From assembly GCA_964507055.1 (NCBI GenBank), contig CAZDOJ010000001.1:1170050-1234049 (forward strand): a stretch of 64,000 bases of DNA, read 5' to 3'. The translations under genes and the position numbers were made by a program. This document shows positions 8,875 to 18,958 of the stretch, piece after piece. The notes beneath the pieces were generated by a model. It was not told the origin of the DNA, did no database searches, and saw only the letters and a program-made list of their open reading frames with translations. The DNA comes from an uncultured Gammaproteobacteria bacterium (GTDB taxonomy: Bacteria; Patescibacteriota; Microgenomatia; Levybacterales; UBA12049). Each line of letters opens with the position of its first letter. The first letter of the stretch is position 1.

Positions 8875-10182
8875 ATGAACGCATCAGTTCTTGAAGCTTC
8901 ATATCCAATTGCATTTCAGCAAAAGGAAGCCGAAAAGCTAGGTGAATACCTACGGCAGCGTCAGTCTGTCAATTTTATCGGTATGAAACGCGTAGGAATA
9001 AGTAATTTCCTTCGTTTTTTCCTCAATCACACTGATATTATTCCAACCTACATTAGTAAAAAAGAACAACATCTTTTTATCCCAGTTGATTTAAATGATC
9101 TTGTGGAGCAAGAGATTTATCCTTTCTGGACATTAACACTTAAGCGTATCGTTGATGTCTCTGGGCAATCAGATCTTTCACCGGAAGTGAAAGAGAAAAT
9201 TAATGAGCTTTTTTTGAAAAGTATTCAATTCCAAGACTTATTTCTCGTCATTGAAAATATTCGTCACGCGTTGGTGCTCATAGGTGAAAGTGGCATGTAT
9301 CCAACGATCTTCTTTCTCAGATTTGATCGACTTAAGGATAAATTTAATTCATCATTTTTTGATAACTTGCAAGGACTTCGAGATGCGACAAATGATAATT
9401 TGACATATGTTTTTACAAGTTATCGAAGTTTGGTAAGTATTTTCCCAGGAGCAAGGGCAAACCTCTCAGTATTTGCTCAAACGATGTTTGCAAAACCCGC
9501 AAGTGATAGCGATATGCGGATTGTTTATGATGCATATAAACAGCGTTATAAGCTTGCACTTCAGCCTCCAGTAGAACAAGCTTTTTTTGAAGCAATTGGT
9601 GGTTATATGCAATACCTGCAACTAGGATTAATTCACCTTAATGAGGTGCAAAGAAAGAAGCTTCAAACCAAAGAAGATATCATGCATACACTTCTTTCGG
9701 ATGAACGGATTATGTTGCAGTCTGAAGAATTATGGGAAAGTCTGTTCCTTGAAGAACAAAAAGTCCTAACGCAAATTGTGAAAAAGCAATCAATTAGTGA
9801 AGACGATCGTGAGAAGGGCAAATATCTTTGGGAGACAGGATTTGTTTTTGAAGAAAGGGGAGGGCTTCGTGCTTTTAGTCCATTGTTTGAAGCATTTATC
9901 TCCCAGCTCGAAGAAGAAGAAAGTAAAAAGAAGAAGACAGCCCACCTCACAAAGAAAGAGCATTTACTCTTTACTTTACTGAAAGAGCAAATGGGGGAGA
10001 TCGTGGAACGAGAAAGTATTGTTGAAGTCGTTTGGCCAGAATCACAAGAATTCGGTGTCTCAGACTGGGCAATTGATCGGTTAGTTGCTCGAGTTCGTCT
10101 AAAGCTTCGAGATCAAGATACTCGCTATGAAATCCAAACAATCCGTACAAGAGGATATAAATTGACTCCACTTAAAGATTAA
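8875..10182 (+). CDS. Transcriptional regulator: N-terminal degenerate P-loop NTPase-like domain + C-terminal OmpR/PhoB-type winged helix
   Basis: C-terminus ...LTKKEHLLFTLLKEQMGEIVERESIVEVVWPES...VSDWAIDRLVARVRLKLRD...IQTIRTRGYKL is a trans_reg_C winged helix. The N-terminus ...SVNFIGMKRVGISNFLRFF... sits where a Walker A would be, but the Lys is replaced (GxxxxGIS). Confidence 0.7.
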   Translation: MNASVLEASYPIAFQQKEAEKLGEYLRQRQSVNFIGMKRVGISNFLRFFLNHTDIIPTYISKKEQHLFIPVDLNDLVEQEIYPFWTLTLKRIVDVSGQSDLSPEVKEKINELFLKSIQFQDLFLVIENIRHALVLIGESGMYPTIFFLRFDRLKDKFNSSFFDNLQGLRDATNDNLTYVFTSYRSLVSIFPGARANLSVFAQTMFAKPASDSDMRIVYDAYKQRYKLALQPPVEQAFFEAIGGYMQYLQLGLIHLNEVQRKKLQTKEDIMHTLLSDERIMLQSEELWESLFLEEQKVLTQIVKKQSISEDDREKGKYLWETGFVFEERGGLRAFSPLFEAFISQLEEEESKKKKTAHLTKKEHLLFTLLKEQMGEIVERESIVEVVWPESQEFGVSDWAIDRLVARVRLKLRDQDTRYEIQTIRTRGYKLTPLKD

Positions 10183-10206
10183 GCTGTTTCTTGCTACTCC
10201 GAACCG

Positions 10207-10215
10207 TGTTATAAT
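10207..10215 (+). promoter_or_regulatory. Extended -10 TGtTATAAT, 7 nt upstream of the valS ATG (leaderless)
   Basis: ccgTGtTATAATtagcctcATGgac. Confidence 0.5.
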
Positions 10216-10222
10216 TAGCCTC

Positions 10223-12382
10223 ATGGACAAGGCATACAATCATAAAGATAACGAAGAAAAGCTCTACGAACATTGGGAGAAAAAAGGGTACTTTCAGCCT
10301 GATATCAATCCTAAAGGTGAGCCCTATTCAATAGTTCTTCCTCCACCAAATGTAACAGGAACACTGCACAATGGACATGCTCTTATGCTTGTTATTCAGG
10401 ATATTCTGATCAGATACCATCGTATGAAAGGTTTCCAAACATTATGGCTTCCCGGAACTGATCATGCTGCAATAGCTACTCAATCAAAGGTTGAAAGTAT
10501 CATGTATAAAAAAGAAGGTAAAACTCGTCATGATCTTGGTCGGGAAGCTTTCTTGAAGAAAGTTGAAGCATTTGCTCAAGATAGTCACGATACAATCGTT
10601 AATCAGATAAAGCGAATGGGTGCATCCATCGATTGGACTCGTGAAGCGTACACCTTGGATAAAGATCGTAATCTTGCGGTTCGGACTGCATTTAAACAAA
10701 TGTATGATGACGACATCATCTATCGAGGCGAAACAATTGTTAACTGGGATCCGTATCTTCAGACGACAGTTTCAGATGATGAAATCGAATGGAAAGATCA
10801 ACAAACACCTTTTTACTATTTCCAATATGGACCTTTTGTTATTGCTACGGCTCGTCCTGAAACAAAGTTTGGGGACAAATATGTTGTTATGCATCCGGAT
10901 GACAAGCGGTATAAGCAATACGAGCATGGTCAAAAGATTGAAGTGGAATGGATTAATGGCAAGATTATTGCCACGATCTTAAAAGATAAAGCAATCGATA
11001 TGAAATTTGGAACAGGTGTCATGACTATTACTCCTTGGCATGATAAGACTGATTATGAGATTGCACAACGTCATAATCTTGATATTGAGCAAGTAATCGA
11101 CTTCAAAGGACTACTCCTTCCAATAGCCGGCGAGTTTGCTGGCATGCACATTAAGAAAGCTCGTCCTCAGTTGGTTAAGAAGCTAAAAGAGAAAGGCTTA
11201 GTAGTGAAGATTGAAGAGAATTACACCAACAGAATTGCTACAAACTATCGAGGTGGGGGAGTAATCGAGCCGCAAATTAAGAAGCAATGGATGGTTAATG
11301 TTAATAAGGAGTTTATCTTGAAGCATTCAGAAATTGAGGGCATAAAATCAGGCTCAAATGTTACTCTAAAGAAGTTAATGAAGCATGCTGTCGAAAGTGG
11401 TCAAACGACAATTACACCGTCACATTTTAAAAAGATTTATTATCATTGGATTGATAATCTTCGTGATTGGTGTATCTCTCGACAAATTTGGTACGGACAT
11501 CGAATTCCTGTTTGGTATAAGGGAGAAGAACTTTATTGTGGTATTGAGGCTCCAGAAGGTGATGGTTGGGAACAAGATTCAGATACGTTGGATACTTGGT
11601 TCTCAAGCGGTTTATGGACCTTCTCAACACTTGGTTGGCCTAACAAAACAGAAGATCTGAAAAAGTTTCATCCCACAAATGTTCTGGAAACCGGTTATGA
11701 TATTCTGTTTTTCTGGGTTGCAAGAATGATTTTAATGAGCACATATCTGACAGGGCAGATACCGTTTAAACAAGTTTTGCTTCATGGCCTAGTTCGGGAT
11801 GCCGATAAACAGAAAATGAGTAAGTCTAAAGGGAATGTCATCGATCCTCTCGATTGGTCTGACAAATATGGTACAGATGCCCTTCGTATAGCCCTTATTT
11901 ACTCTACAGCCGCTGGGAATGATATCCCTATGGCAGAAGAGAGAGTTCGAGGTATGAAGTTCTTTGCAAACAAACTTTGGAATATGGGGAGATTTATCGA
12001 GATGAACAAACCAGAAGGATACAATGGAAAATTAGAGGATTCTTTTGCAACACTGGAGCGACTTGCAAAGGATGGTACTGACAAGTCGTGGGTAAAAAAA
12101 GTGGAAAAGCTTTCGAATGAAACGGCAAAGAATATTGAAGCATTCAGGCTACACGAGGCAGCTCAAGAACTATACCAATTTACATGGCATGAATTTGCAG
12201 ATAAGTATATTGAGGATGTTAAAACAAGAGTGGATGATAACTCCTATACTACTCTTATTTCTCTCTATGCTATTCAGCTTCGATTGCTTCATCCGTTCAT
12301 GCCATTTGTTACTGAAGCAATCTATCAGCAAATGCCTGGACATGGCGAATCGATAATGATTGAGCCTTATCCAACTGCGTAA
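10223..12382 (+). CDS. valS: Valine--tRNA ligase (short form, 719 aa)
   Basis: HIGH-region PPPNVTGTLHNGHAL, KMSKS motif KMSKSKGNVIDP, editing-domain and anticodon-binding regions. Lacks the long C-terminal coiled-coil extension of typical ~880-950 aa ValRS. Confidence 0.9.
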   Translation: MDKAYNHKDNEEKLYEHWEKKGYFQPDINPKGEPYSIVLPPPNVTGTLHNGHALMLVIQDILIRYHRMKGFQTLWLPGTDHAAIATQSKVESIMYKKEGKTRHDLGREAFLKKVEAFAQDSHDTIVNQIKRMGASIDWTREAYTLDKDRNLAVRTAFKQMYDDDIIYRGETIVNWDPYLQTTVSDDEIEWKDQQTPFYYFQYGPFVIATARPETKFGDKYVVMHPDDKRYKQYEHGQKIEVEWINGKIIATILKDKAIDMKFGTGVMTITPWHDKTDYEIAQRHNLDIEQVIDFKGLLLPIAGEFAGMHIKKARPQLVKKLKEKGLVVKIEENYTNRIATNYRGGGVIEPQIKKQWMVNVNKEFILKHSEIEGIKSGSNVTLKKLMKHAVESGQTTITPSHFKKIYYHWIDNLRDWCISRQIWYGHRIPVWYKGEELYCGIEAPEGDGWEQDSDTLDTWFSSGLWTFSTLGWPNKTEDLKKFHPTNVLETGYDILFFWVARMILMSTYLTGQIPFKQVLLHGLVRDADKQKMSKSKGNVIDPLDWSDKYGTDALRIALIYSTAAGNDIPMAEERVRGMKFFANKLWNMGRFIEMNKPEGYNGKLEDSFATLERLAKDGTDKSWVKKVEKLSNETAKNIEAFRLHEAAQELYQFTWHEFADKYIEDVKTRVDDNSYTTLISLYAIQLRLLHPFMPFVTEAIYQQMPGHGESIMIEPYPTA

Positions 12383-12434
12383 TCCCTCGAAACTAGACAG
12401 AAAATGGTTATTGTGATAGAGTCAAAATCGGTCT

Positions 12435-12857
12435 ATGAAACGTAAAATACCTGAATCAGCCACAAAAGCTATCGCTTTATTCCCGAGTAATATCCGATCT
12501 ATTACCGATTTCCATTTCTCCAAAGCACATAGTCAACATATAAAAGTAGGAATTGTGAGTTCATTATCGTTATTTCTTCTTGGGTTGATATTTCTTCAAG
12601 GTGTTACATTATGGTACAACTTCCAGCAAAGAGAAGTGTATATGGAAGAACGTGCACATGTAGAAAAAGAAATTGTTTATTGGCAGGGAATTGCTGACAA
12701 ATATCAAGGATATAGGGATGTTTATTATAGAATAGCATCGCTTCAGTACAAGCTTGGGAATGTTGCAGCATCACAAGAATACGTTAAAAAAGCTTTAGAT
12801 TTGGATCCTAATTTCCCTGAGGGACACGTGTTGGGGACAAAAGTTGGGTTAGAATAA
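12435..12857 (+). CDS. Membrane-anchored TPR-like repeat protein (hypothetical)
   Basis: One TM helix (IVSSLSLFLLGLIFLQGV) then a TPR-like helical repeat ...YYRIASLQYKLGNVAASQEYVKKALDLDPNF... Confidence 0.45.
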   Translation: MKRKIPESATKAIALFPSNIRSITDFHFSKAHSQHIKVGIVSSLSLFLLGLIFLQGVTLWYNFQQREVYMEERAHVEKEIVYWQGIADKYQGYRDVYYRIASLQYKLGNVAASQEYVKKALDLDPNFPEGHVLGTKVGLE

Positions 12858-13565
12858 TTATTCTTTCTTCTCTTCAGCATCTGCTGCACCTTCTTCAGAT
12901 GCTTTTTCTTCATTTGATTCGCCTTCTTTAGTTTCTCCTTCTTCACCTTCAGCTGTTTCTCCCTCAGCACCTTCTTCTCCTTCTGCAGGCTCTTCAGGTT
13001 CTGGCTCTTCTACAACCAATTCATTAACTCTTGCAATTGTTTGTGTAGAGTCGGTGAGAATTGTAATTTCATCTGAAACTTTAAGATCAGCCACAGTTAC
13101 TTGATCTCCGATTGCTGCAAGATGTTCTACACTAACTTCAACATTCTCTGGAAGCTTGTCTGGAAGTGCTTCGACTTCAACTTCATTAAGATTTTGGAGA
13201 AGAAGACCAACCTTATCAGTAACAGCTTGTGCTTCTCCAATTAATAGAACAGGAACGACAGCCTTAACTTTAACTTTCAAATTAACTTGGTAGAAATCTA
13301 CATGAAGAGGCTCATTTATTGCATAATTCTTATGCATACTTTTTACTAAAACTGGCTTTGTTTTTCCATCAAAAGTAAGATCAATAAGTCCTGTATCACC
13401 AGCTTCTTTATATACCTTTTGGAAATCAGAGAGGGCTACTTGGATGGATTTTGATTCGAGACCTTTGCCGTAAACATTTGCAGGAAGAATCCCTTCTCGG
13501 CGGAGCTTTTTAACCTTTTTTCCTAATACTGTTCTTGATTCAGCACTAAGCTGTGGGTGTTTCAT
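12858..13565 (-). CDS. rplY: 50S ribosomal protein L25 / general stress protein Ctc, with an acidic Glu/Ala/Gly-rich C-terminal tail
   Basis: N-terminus ...RTVLGKKVKKLRREGILPANVYGKG...; the C-terminal ~50 aa are EPEPEEPAEGEEGAEGETAEGEEGETKEGESNEEKASEEGAADAEEKKE. Confidence 0.9.
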   Translation of the reverse strand: MKHPQLSAESRTVLGKKVKKLRREGILPANVYGKGLESKSIQVALSDFQKVYKEAGDTGLIDLTFDGKTKPVLVKSMHKNYAINEPLHVDFYQVNLKVKVKAVVPVLLIGEAQAVTDKVGLLLQNLNEVEVEALPDKLPENVEVSVEHLAAIGDQVTVADLKVSDEITILTDSTQTIARVNELVVEEPEPEEPAEGEEGAEGETAEGEEGETKEGESNEEKASEEGAADAEEKKE

Positions 13566-13678
13566 ATTAGTTATTCTATACTAACTTGTATGGATATACA
13601 AGAGCAGAAAGAGTGTATCAAATATCATCAGCACTGTCAAACTATGGGGTCGTTTGGGTACTGTATAATAGAGTAAAT

Positions 13679-14164
13679 ATGCGCGTTTTAGGTATAGATC
13701 CAGGAATTGGCAGAATGGGATGGGGAATTGTTGAAATACAAAGTGGTAAGGTGAAAGCAATTGATTATGGATGCATTGAAACTCCTAAAGAACATGCATT
13801 AGAACAAAGAATTGAAACCCTTTACAGTACACTTATAAAGATAATTCAAGCACATCAACCTGAAGCTTTGGCGATAGAATCATTATTTTTTAATAAAAAT
13901 GTTACAACAGCAATTGCTGTAGGGCAAGCAAGAGGAATTGTGCTCCTTGCGGCTGCACAAAATAAAATGAGTGTAACTTCATACACGCCTCAGCAAGTGA
14001 AATCCGGAATTACAGGGTATGGAAAGGCTGACAAGCTTCAAGTCGGGAATATGATTAAGATGGTCTTACATTTACAGAGCATACCCAAACCTGATGATAC
14101 AGCTGACGCATTGGCTATAGCTGTGACGCATGCTTTCTCTTATAAGTTGAAGGTTCGAGATTAG
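13679..14164 (+). CDS. ruvC: Crossover junction endodeoxyribonuclease RuvC
   Basis: MRVLGIDPGIGRMGWGIVE... with catalytic acidic residues. ATG 13679 lies 9 nt after TGTATAAT (13662-13669). The listed ORF 13586 start is an upstream extension. Confidence 0.9.
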   Translation: MRVLGIDPGIGRMGWGIVEIQSGKVKAIDYGCIETPKEHALEQRIETLYSTLIKIIQAHQPEALAIESLFFNKNVTTAIAVGQARGIVLLAAAQNKMSVTSYTPQQVKSGITGYGKADKLQVGNMIKMVLHLQSIPKPDDTADALAIAVTHAFSYKLKVRD

Positions 14165-15063
14165 TTAAAAAGCGAAGCGAAGAACTCCATTAATAATCGA
14201 AAAAAGCTTAACAATAATTCTATAAATCCGCCTTGATCACCGCCACCACCTGGATTCTCACTATCATCTATTGGGGAAGGTTCTCTAGATGGATTTGTTC
14301 CAATATCATCGATCGGCGTAATTTCAGGTGCATTAGTAACTGAGATTGAACCGGTTGGTATTGCTGAAACGGTAGGAATAGCTGTTGGGCATGACCCAAG
14401 ACATTCAGGGCTTGGTACTGGTTGTGTCGGATTTACGGTTGGTGAAACTTCTTGACTAATAGTAGGTTGAGGTTGAGCCCCATTATCATCTTCTGCAAAA
14501 TCCTGAACCCAATAGTTCCCTGTCCGTGCGATTCCTGTATAGAGATATTTAGGATCAAGCAGATTCACATTATGACTTGGGGAGGCTTTCCATTGATTAA
14601 ATATAGTGGTGGCATCACTAACTGTATTTGTTGCAATATTTTCTGCACCATAAGGTGCCCCACATTCTGCGGCTCTTTGATTTGGTGTTCTGTCTCGAGA
14701 ATCTTTATGATCAAGGTAATTTTTTGTGGACATGTCTTTACTCATCCATGCTGCCATTCTGTTGAGGTTCTCTGAAGATGAAAGTGCTGGGACATTATTT
14801 TCCTGCCTGTATGCATTAATAAGATCCAGCATCATGCGTTCTTCGTTATCAACTAATTGATCTGAGGCTGCAACTTCACAATTTGTAACTTGTGCTCGTG
14901 TTCTATGATCTTGATTTTTTTGCGTTTCATTAATAGCCACAAAGAGGATAAGCAAAAGGAGGATTAATGTTGAAAATACAATAACTGGATATTTCCTATA
15001 CCACGGTATTTTCTTTTCAGCGTGTTTCTTAACAAGTTTCTTTTTCGTTTTTGTAGTAGCCAT
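14161..15063 (-). CDS. CAP (SCP/PR-1-like) domain protein, membrane-anchored, with a Pro/Thr-rich linker
   Basis: N-terminal TM helix; CAP domain ...LINAYRQENNVPALSSSENLNRMAAWMSKDM...WKASPSHNVNLLDPKYLYTGIA...; then PTISQEVSPTVNPTQPVPSP... Inserted between ruvC and ruvAB on the opposite strand. Confidence 0.75.
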   Translation of the reverse strand: MATTKTKKKLVKKHAEKKIPWYRKYPVIVFSTLILLLLILFVAINETQKNQDHRTRAQVTNCEVAASDQLVDNEERMMLDLINAYRQENNVPALSSSENLNRMAAWMSKDMSTKNYLDHKDSRDRTPNQRAAECGAPYGAENIATNTVSDATTIFNQWKASPSHNVNLLDPKYLYTGIARTGNYWVQDFAEDDNGAQPQPTISQEVSPTVNPTQPVPSPECLGSCPTAIPTVSAIPTGSISVTNAPEITPIDDIGTNPSREPSPIDDSENPGGGGDQGGFIELLLSFFRLLMEFFASLFN

Positions 15064-15138
15064 AGTTCTATTATGTAGAGATTCTCTACACGTTGTAAAC
15101 AGGTAATTGTCTGTTATAATCTGGGTACTTTACTGCCT

Positions 15139-15717
15139 ATGATAGGAACACTGAAAGGAACTATTGATTACCGCGAAGATCCCGCACTTATTGTCGATGT
15201 ACATGGTGTAGGGTATCGAGTGTTTGTCCCAGCCTCTGTTCTCTCCAAAATTAATGGTACGGGTGATGAAATAAAACTTTTTACCCATACGCATGTTCGA
15301 GAAGATCTTTTAGAATTATATGGATTTACTGATCCTTCAGATTTAAAGCTATTTGAGTATCTTATCGGTGTTTCTGGCGTTGGTTGTCGAACTGCTCTTG
15401 GCATCTTTGCCGTTGGTTCGAAGAGTGCAATCGTTCAGGCGATCAGTAAGGGAGATGTTTCGTTTTTTACTTCTGTTCCTCGACTTGGGAAAAAGAATGG
15501 TCAAAAGATCATTATTGAGTTAAAGAATAAGATTGGTGCAAGCGGGGATCTTGATTTATCAGAATCTGGTGGAGGAGAACAATCTGAGTTACTATCAGCA
15601 TTAAAGGCATTCGGATTTTCAGTTGCAGAATCGCAAGAAGCAATACAAGCATTGCAAGGAAAAGGGGAGACCGTTGAAGAAAAAGTCCGTTTGGCATTGA
15701 AGTACCTAGGCAAATAA
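15139..15717 (+). CDS. ruvA: Holliday junction branch migration complex subunit RuvA
   Basis: MIGTLKGTI...; ...LIGVSGVG...; C-terminal domain. Confidence 0.9.
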   Translation: MIGTLKGTIDYREDPALIVDVHGVGYRVFVPASVLSKINGTGDEIKLFTHTHVREDLLELYGFTDPSDLKLFEYLIGVSGVGCRTALGIFAVGSKSAIVQAISKGDVSFFTSVPRLGKKNGQKIIIELKNKIGASGDLDLSESGGGEQSELLSALKAFGFSVAESQEAIQALQGKGETVEEKVRLALKYLGK

Positions 15718-15718
15718 T

Positions 15719-16747
15719 ATGGTAGACCCAACAATTATCAAAGAAGAAACAGCAACCCCTGAAGAAGAAGTGATGTTTACATCCCTCCGTGCTGGTTCCT
15801 GGACAGAATTTCATGGACAAACTGGGGTAAAGCAATCTTTACAAATCGCAATCGAAGCTGCAACAAAGCGTGATGAAGCTATAGAACATATTCTTTTATA
15901 TGGACCTCCAGGGCTTGGTAAAACTTCACTTGCTCATATCGTTGCAAAAGAAATGAATGCAAATATTCGAGTGACGACTGGCCCTGCGTTAGAGCGTGCG
16001 GGAGATTTGGCTTCTATTCTTACCAATCTCGAAAAAGGAGACATACTTTTTATCGATGAAATTCATCGCTTGAATAAAGCTGTCGAAGAAACAATGTATC
16101 CTGCAATGGAAGACTATGCTTTGGATATTGTACTCGGTAAAGGGCCATCTGCAAGAACGATGCGTTTAGATTTACCGCAGTTCACAATAATCGGAGCTAC
16201 TACTCGAGCTGGAATGCTTTCGGCACCTCTTCGAGATCGTTTCGGTGTGGTGCATCGATTGAATTTTTATGAACCTGAAGAACTTGGGAAGATTATTGTT
16301 GGTGCTGCGAAAAAGTTAAACATCTTGATCGACCCAGATAGTATTAAAGAAATAGCGAGACGTGCACGTGGAACTCCTCGTATTGCATTAAAGCTTCTTA
16401 AGCGAGTTCGTGACTATGCTCAAGTAAAAGGGAAAGGAGAAATTGATAGAAATGCAACAGATCAAGCATTGGCAATGCTTGAGGTGGATGAAAAAGGACT
16501 TGACCATTTGGACATAAAATTCCTCAAAGCCATCATAGAGAAGCACTCAGGCGGTCCTGTAGGTATTGAAACAATAGGTGCAACAATATCAGAAGACAGT
16601 GGAACTTTAGAGGATTTAGTTGAGCCTTATCTTTTGCAATTAGGTTTTCTAAAAAGGACTTCTCGCGGAAGAGTTGCAACACCTGCCGCTTATACACATA
16701 TTGGATTAGTTCATCCAGACCACGGCGAACAGAAGAAACTTTTGTGA
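15719..16747 (+). CDS. ruvB: Holliday junction branch migration DNA helicase RuvB
   Basis: Walker [18 protein letters not shown], ...[10 protein letters not shown]..., sensor motifs; 1-nt gap after ruvA. Confidence 0.95.
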   Translation: MVDPTIIKEETATPEEEVMFTSLRAGSWTEFHGQTGVKQSLQIAIEAATKRDEAIEHILLYGPPGLGKTSLAHIVAKEMNANIRVTTGPALERAGDLASILTNLEKGDILFIDEIHRLNKAVEETMYPAMEDYALDIVLGKGPSARTMRLDLPQFTIIGATTRAGMLSAPLRDRFGVVHRLNFYEPEELGKIIVGAAKKLNILIDPDSIKEIARRARGTPRIALKLLKRVRDYAQVKGKGEIDRNATDQALAMLEVDEKGLDHLDIKFLKAIIEKHSGGPVGIETIGATISEDSGTLEDLVEPYLLQLGFLKRTSRGRVATPAAYTHIGLVHPDHGEQKKLL

Positions 16748-16760
16748 TAAAATCTGCTTA

Positions 16761-18527
16761 ATGAAACATTTGGTTTTCCTCATTGTTTTTCTCTTTTCCC
16801 TCTTTTTTACTCCGTTAGTTCATGCTGATGAAGGATGGGTAATTACGGATTATCAATCCGATATAGCAATTCAAGAATCAGGCGAAGTTAGGGTTGTTGA
16901 AACGATTGATGTCGATTTCAAAGAGCTAGACAAACATGGAATCTATCGAGATATTCCTTATGCATATGAATCAAATGGTGAGCGGACATATACGGATATT
17001 TCTGTTTTAGGTGTGCTTCAAGACGATAAGAAAGCACAATACAGTAAATCTGTTAATGACGGATATATACGCATAAAAATAGGCGACCCCGATGAAACCA
17101 TTTCAGGAAGGCATTTGTATGTTATTACCTATACTGCGAAAGGAGTCTTAAAAGGATTTGCAGATCATGATGAATTATATTGGAACATTACCGGCAATCA
17201 ATGGGCAGTTCCAATCGCTCGAGTCGAAGCTACTGTGACCCTTCCAAAAGAAGGTATAACAAAAATTACCTGTTTTGAAGGATATGCAGGATCAACTGCA
17301 ATTTGTGATGCAAAGACAGAGTCACCTCAGCTTGCTCGATTTACAACCTATGGTGAGCTTGGGGCTGCACAAGGCTTAACTGTCGTTGTGGGCTATACAA
17401 AGGGAATAGTTCCATTATTGACAGTCGAGCGTCCTAAAACCTTTTTTGAGAAATTTATTGAATGGCCATCTTTGGCGACATTGGTTTTTGTTTTATTTGC
17501 CGGCATCGTAACTGTTCTGTATCGCTGGTTCATCCATGGACGTGATTATTGGTTTGCACAGAATATCTTTGGTAACAAAACAGAGCAAGGAACTCGTAAA
17601 CCAATCGGTGCACACGAAACAATTACTGTAGAATTCACTCCGCCAGAAAAACTCCGACCTGCCGAAATGGGCGTACTCATGGACGAGAAAGCAGACACCC
17701 ATGATATTGTAGCTACAATCATCGATCTTGCAACTCGAGGCTATCTCACAATTACGGAGATACCAAAGAAATGGATGTTTGGGAAAGTCGATTATTCACT
17801 CACAAAAAAAGAAAAAGATGAGCAAGGTCTACTTAATTATGAGAAGAAGCTTTTGCATAATCTCTTCAAATCAGGTAGCGAGATCAAGATGTCTGATTTG
17901 AAGACTACATTCTATGACGAACTACAAGAGGTTAAAAAAGAATTATATAAAGATGTTGTTGAAAAGGGATTATTCCCAACTGATCCTGAAAAAGTTCGAG
18001 GAAATTATTTAGGCATTGGTATCGTTCTAACAATTGCCAGTTTTTTTGGAATATTCATAAGTATAGGTTCAGAGTTTGTTTTTGGAGCTGACCTTGCTCT
18101 GGGAGGTGTTGTTATCGGAATACTGCTTATGCTTATGTCTGTACATATGCCACGCAGAACAGCTTATGGTCGAGAATTGTATCGTCGAGTTCGTGGATAC
18201 CATTTGTTTATAAACACTGCTGAGAAACATCGCCAAGTGTTCTTTGAGAAGAAAAATATGTTTAACGAAGTGCTTCCGTATGCAATTGCTTTTAGCCTTA
18301 CAGAGAAGTTCGCAAAGCAAATGAAAAATATTGGAATTGAACCCAAAACAACAGGTTGGTATAGTGGTGTTCATCCAATGCATGCCGCAGCATTTGGAGC
18401 AAGTATGAATGATTTCTCCAACTCGATGTCATCCGCAATTGCTTCAACTCCCTCAAGCAGCGGTGGATTCTCTGGTGGAGGATCTTCCGGTGGAGGTTTT
18501 GGTGGTGGTGGCGGTGGAAGCTGGTAA
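16761..18527 (+). CDS. DUF2207 domain membrane protein with a Gly-rich C-terminal tail
   Basis: Signal peptide MKHLVFLIVFLFSLFFTPLVHA; DUF2207-like extracellular domain; TM helices; C-terminus ...SSGGFSGGGSSGGGFGGGGGGSW typical of this family. Confidence 0.75.
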   Translation: MKHLVFLIVFLFSLFFTPLVHADEGWVITDYQSDIAIQESGEVRVVETIDVDFKELDKHGIYRDIPYAYESNGERTYTDISVLGVLQDDKKAQYSKSVNDGYIRIKIGDPDETISGRHLYVITYTAKGVLKGFADHDELYWNITGNQWAVPIARVEATVTLPKEGITKITCFEGYAGSTAICDAKTESPQLARFTTYGELGAAQGLTVVVGYTKGIVPLLTVERPKTFFEKFIEWPSLATLVFVLFAGIVTVLYRWFIHGRDYWFAQNIFGNKTEQGTRKPIGAHETITVEFTPPEKLRPAEMGVLMDEKADTHDIVATIIDLATRGYLTITEIPKKWMFGKVDYSLTKKEKDEQGLLNYEKKLLHNLFKSGSEIKMSDLKTTFYDELQEVKKELYKDVVEKGLFPTDPEKVRGNYLGIGIVLTIASFFGIFISIGSEFVFGADLALGGVVIGILLMLMSVHMPRRTAYGRELYRRVRGYHLFINTAEKHRQVFFEKKNMFNEVLPYAIAFSLTEKFAKQMKNIGIEPKTTGWYSGVHPMHAAAFGASMNDFSNSMSSAIASTPSSSGGFSGGGSSGGGFGGGGGGSW

Positions 18528-18958
18528 TGATGAAACAAGGAGTAGATTACCCAGGTATAACAATTGTGTATTTTTGCCATGATGGCAAAGGTAATTTCAT
18601 TTTTGGTAAACGTACCGAGCAAGCTCGAGATGAACAAGGAAAATGGGATATTGGAGGTGGGGGACTGGATTTGGGATTTACTGTTGAAGAGACATTGATA
18701 AAAGAGATTAAGGAAGAATATTGTACTGATGTTCTTGAGTACGAATTTTTAGGATATCGTGATGTTCATCGCAAACACAATGGTGGCAAAACACATTGGA
18801 TAGCCTTAGACTTTAAGGTCCTTATTGATCCTTCAAAAGTCGCAATAGGGGAGCCACATAAATTTTCTGATGTCAGAATGTTCCGTTTAGATAATTTGCC
18901 GGATCCTATTCACTCCCAGTTCCCGCATGCGTTAAAAAAATATAAAGATAAGCTTTAA
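18527..18958 (+). CDS. NUDIX hydrolase
   Basis: Nudix box GGGGLDLGFTVEETLIKEIKEE (Gx5Ex7REUxEExGU pattern). The start overlaps the DUF2207 stop (taATGatg). Confidence 0.8.
   Translation: MMKQGVDYPGITIVYFCHDGKGNFIFGKRTEQARDEQGKWDIGGGGLDLGFTVEETLIKEIKEEYCTDVLEYEFLGYRDVHRKHNGGKTHWIALDFKVLIDPSKVAIGEPHKFSDVRMFRLDNLPDPIHSQFPHALKKYKDKL

Noticed and set aside
9413-12084. Internal or antisense ORFs inside the regulator and valS (9413..9595, 9663..9950, 9797..9982, 9971..10171, 10484..10699, 10620..10982, 11385..11660, 11427..11630, 11899..12084)
   Set aside because: They lie embedded in well-supported CDSs with strong homology and have no independent signals.
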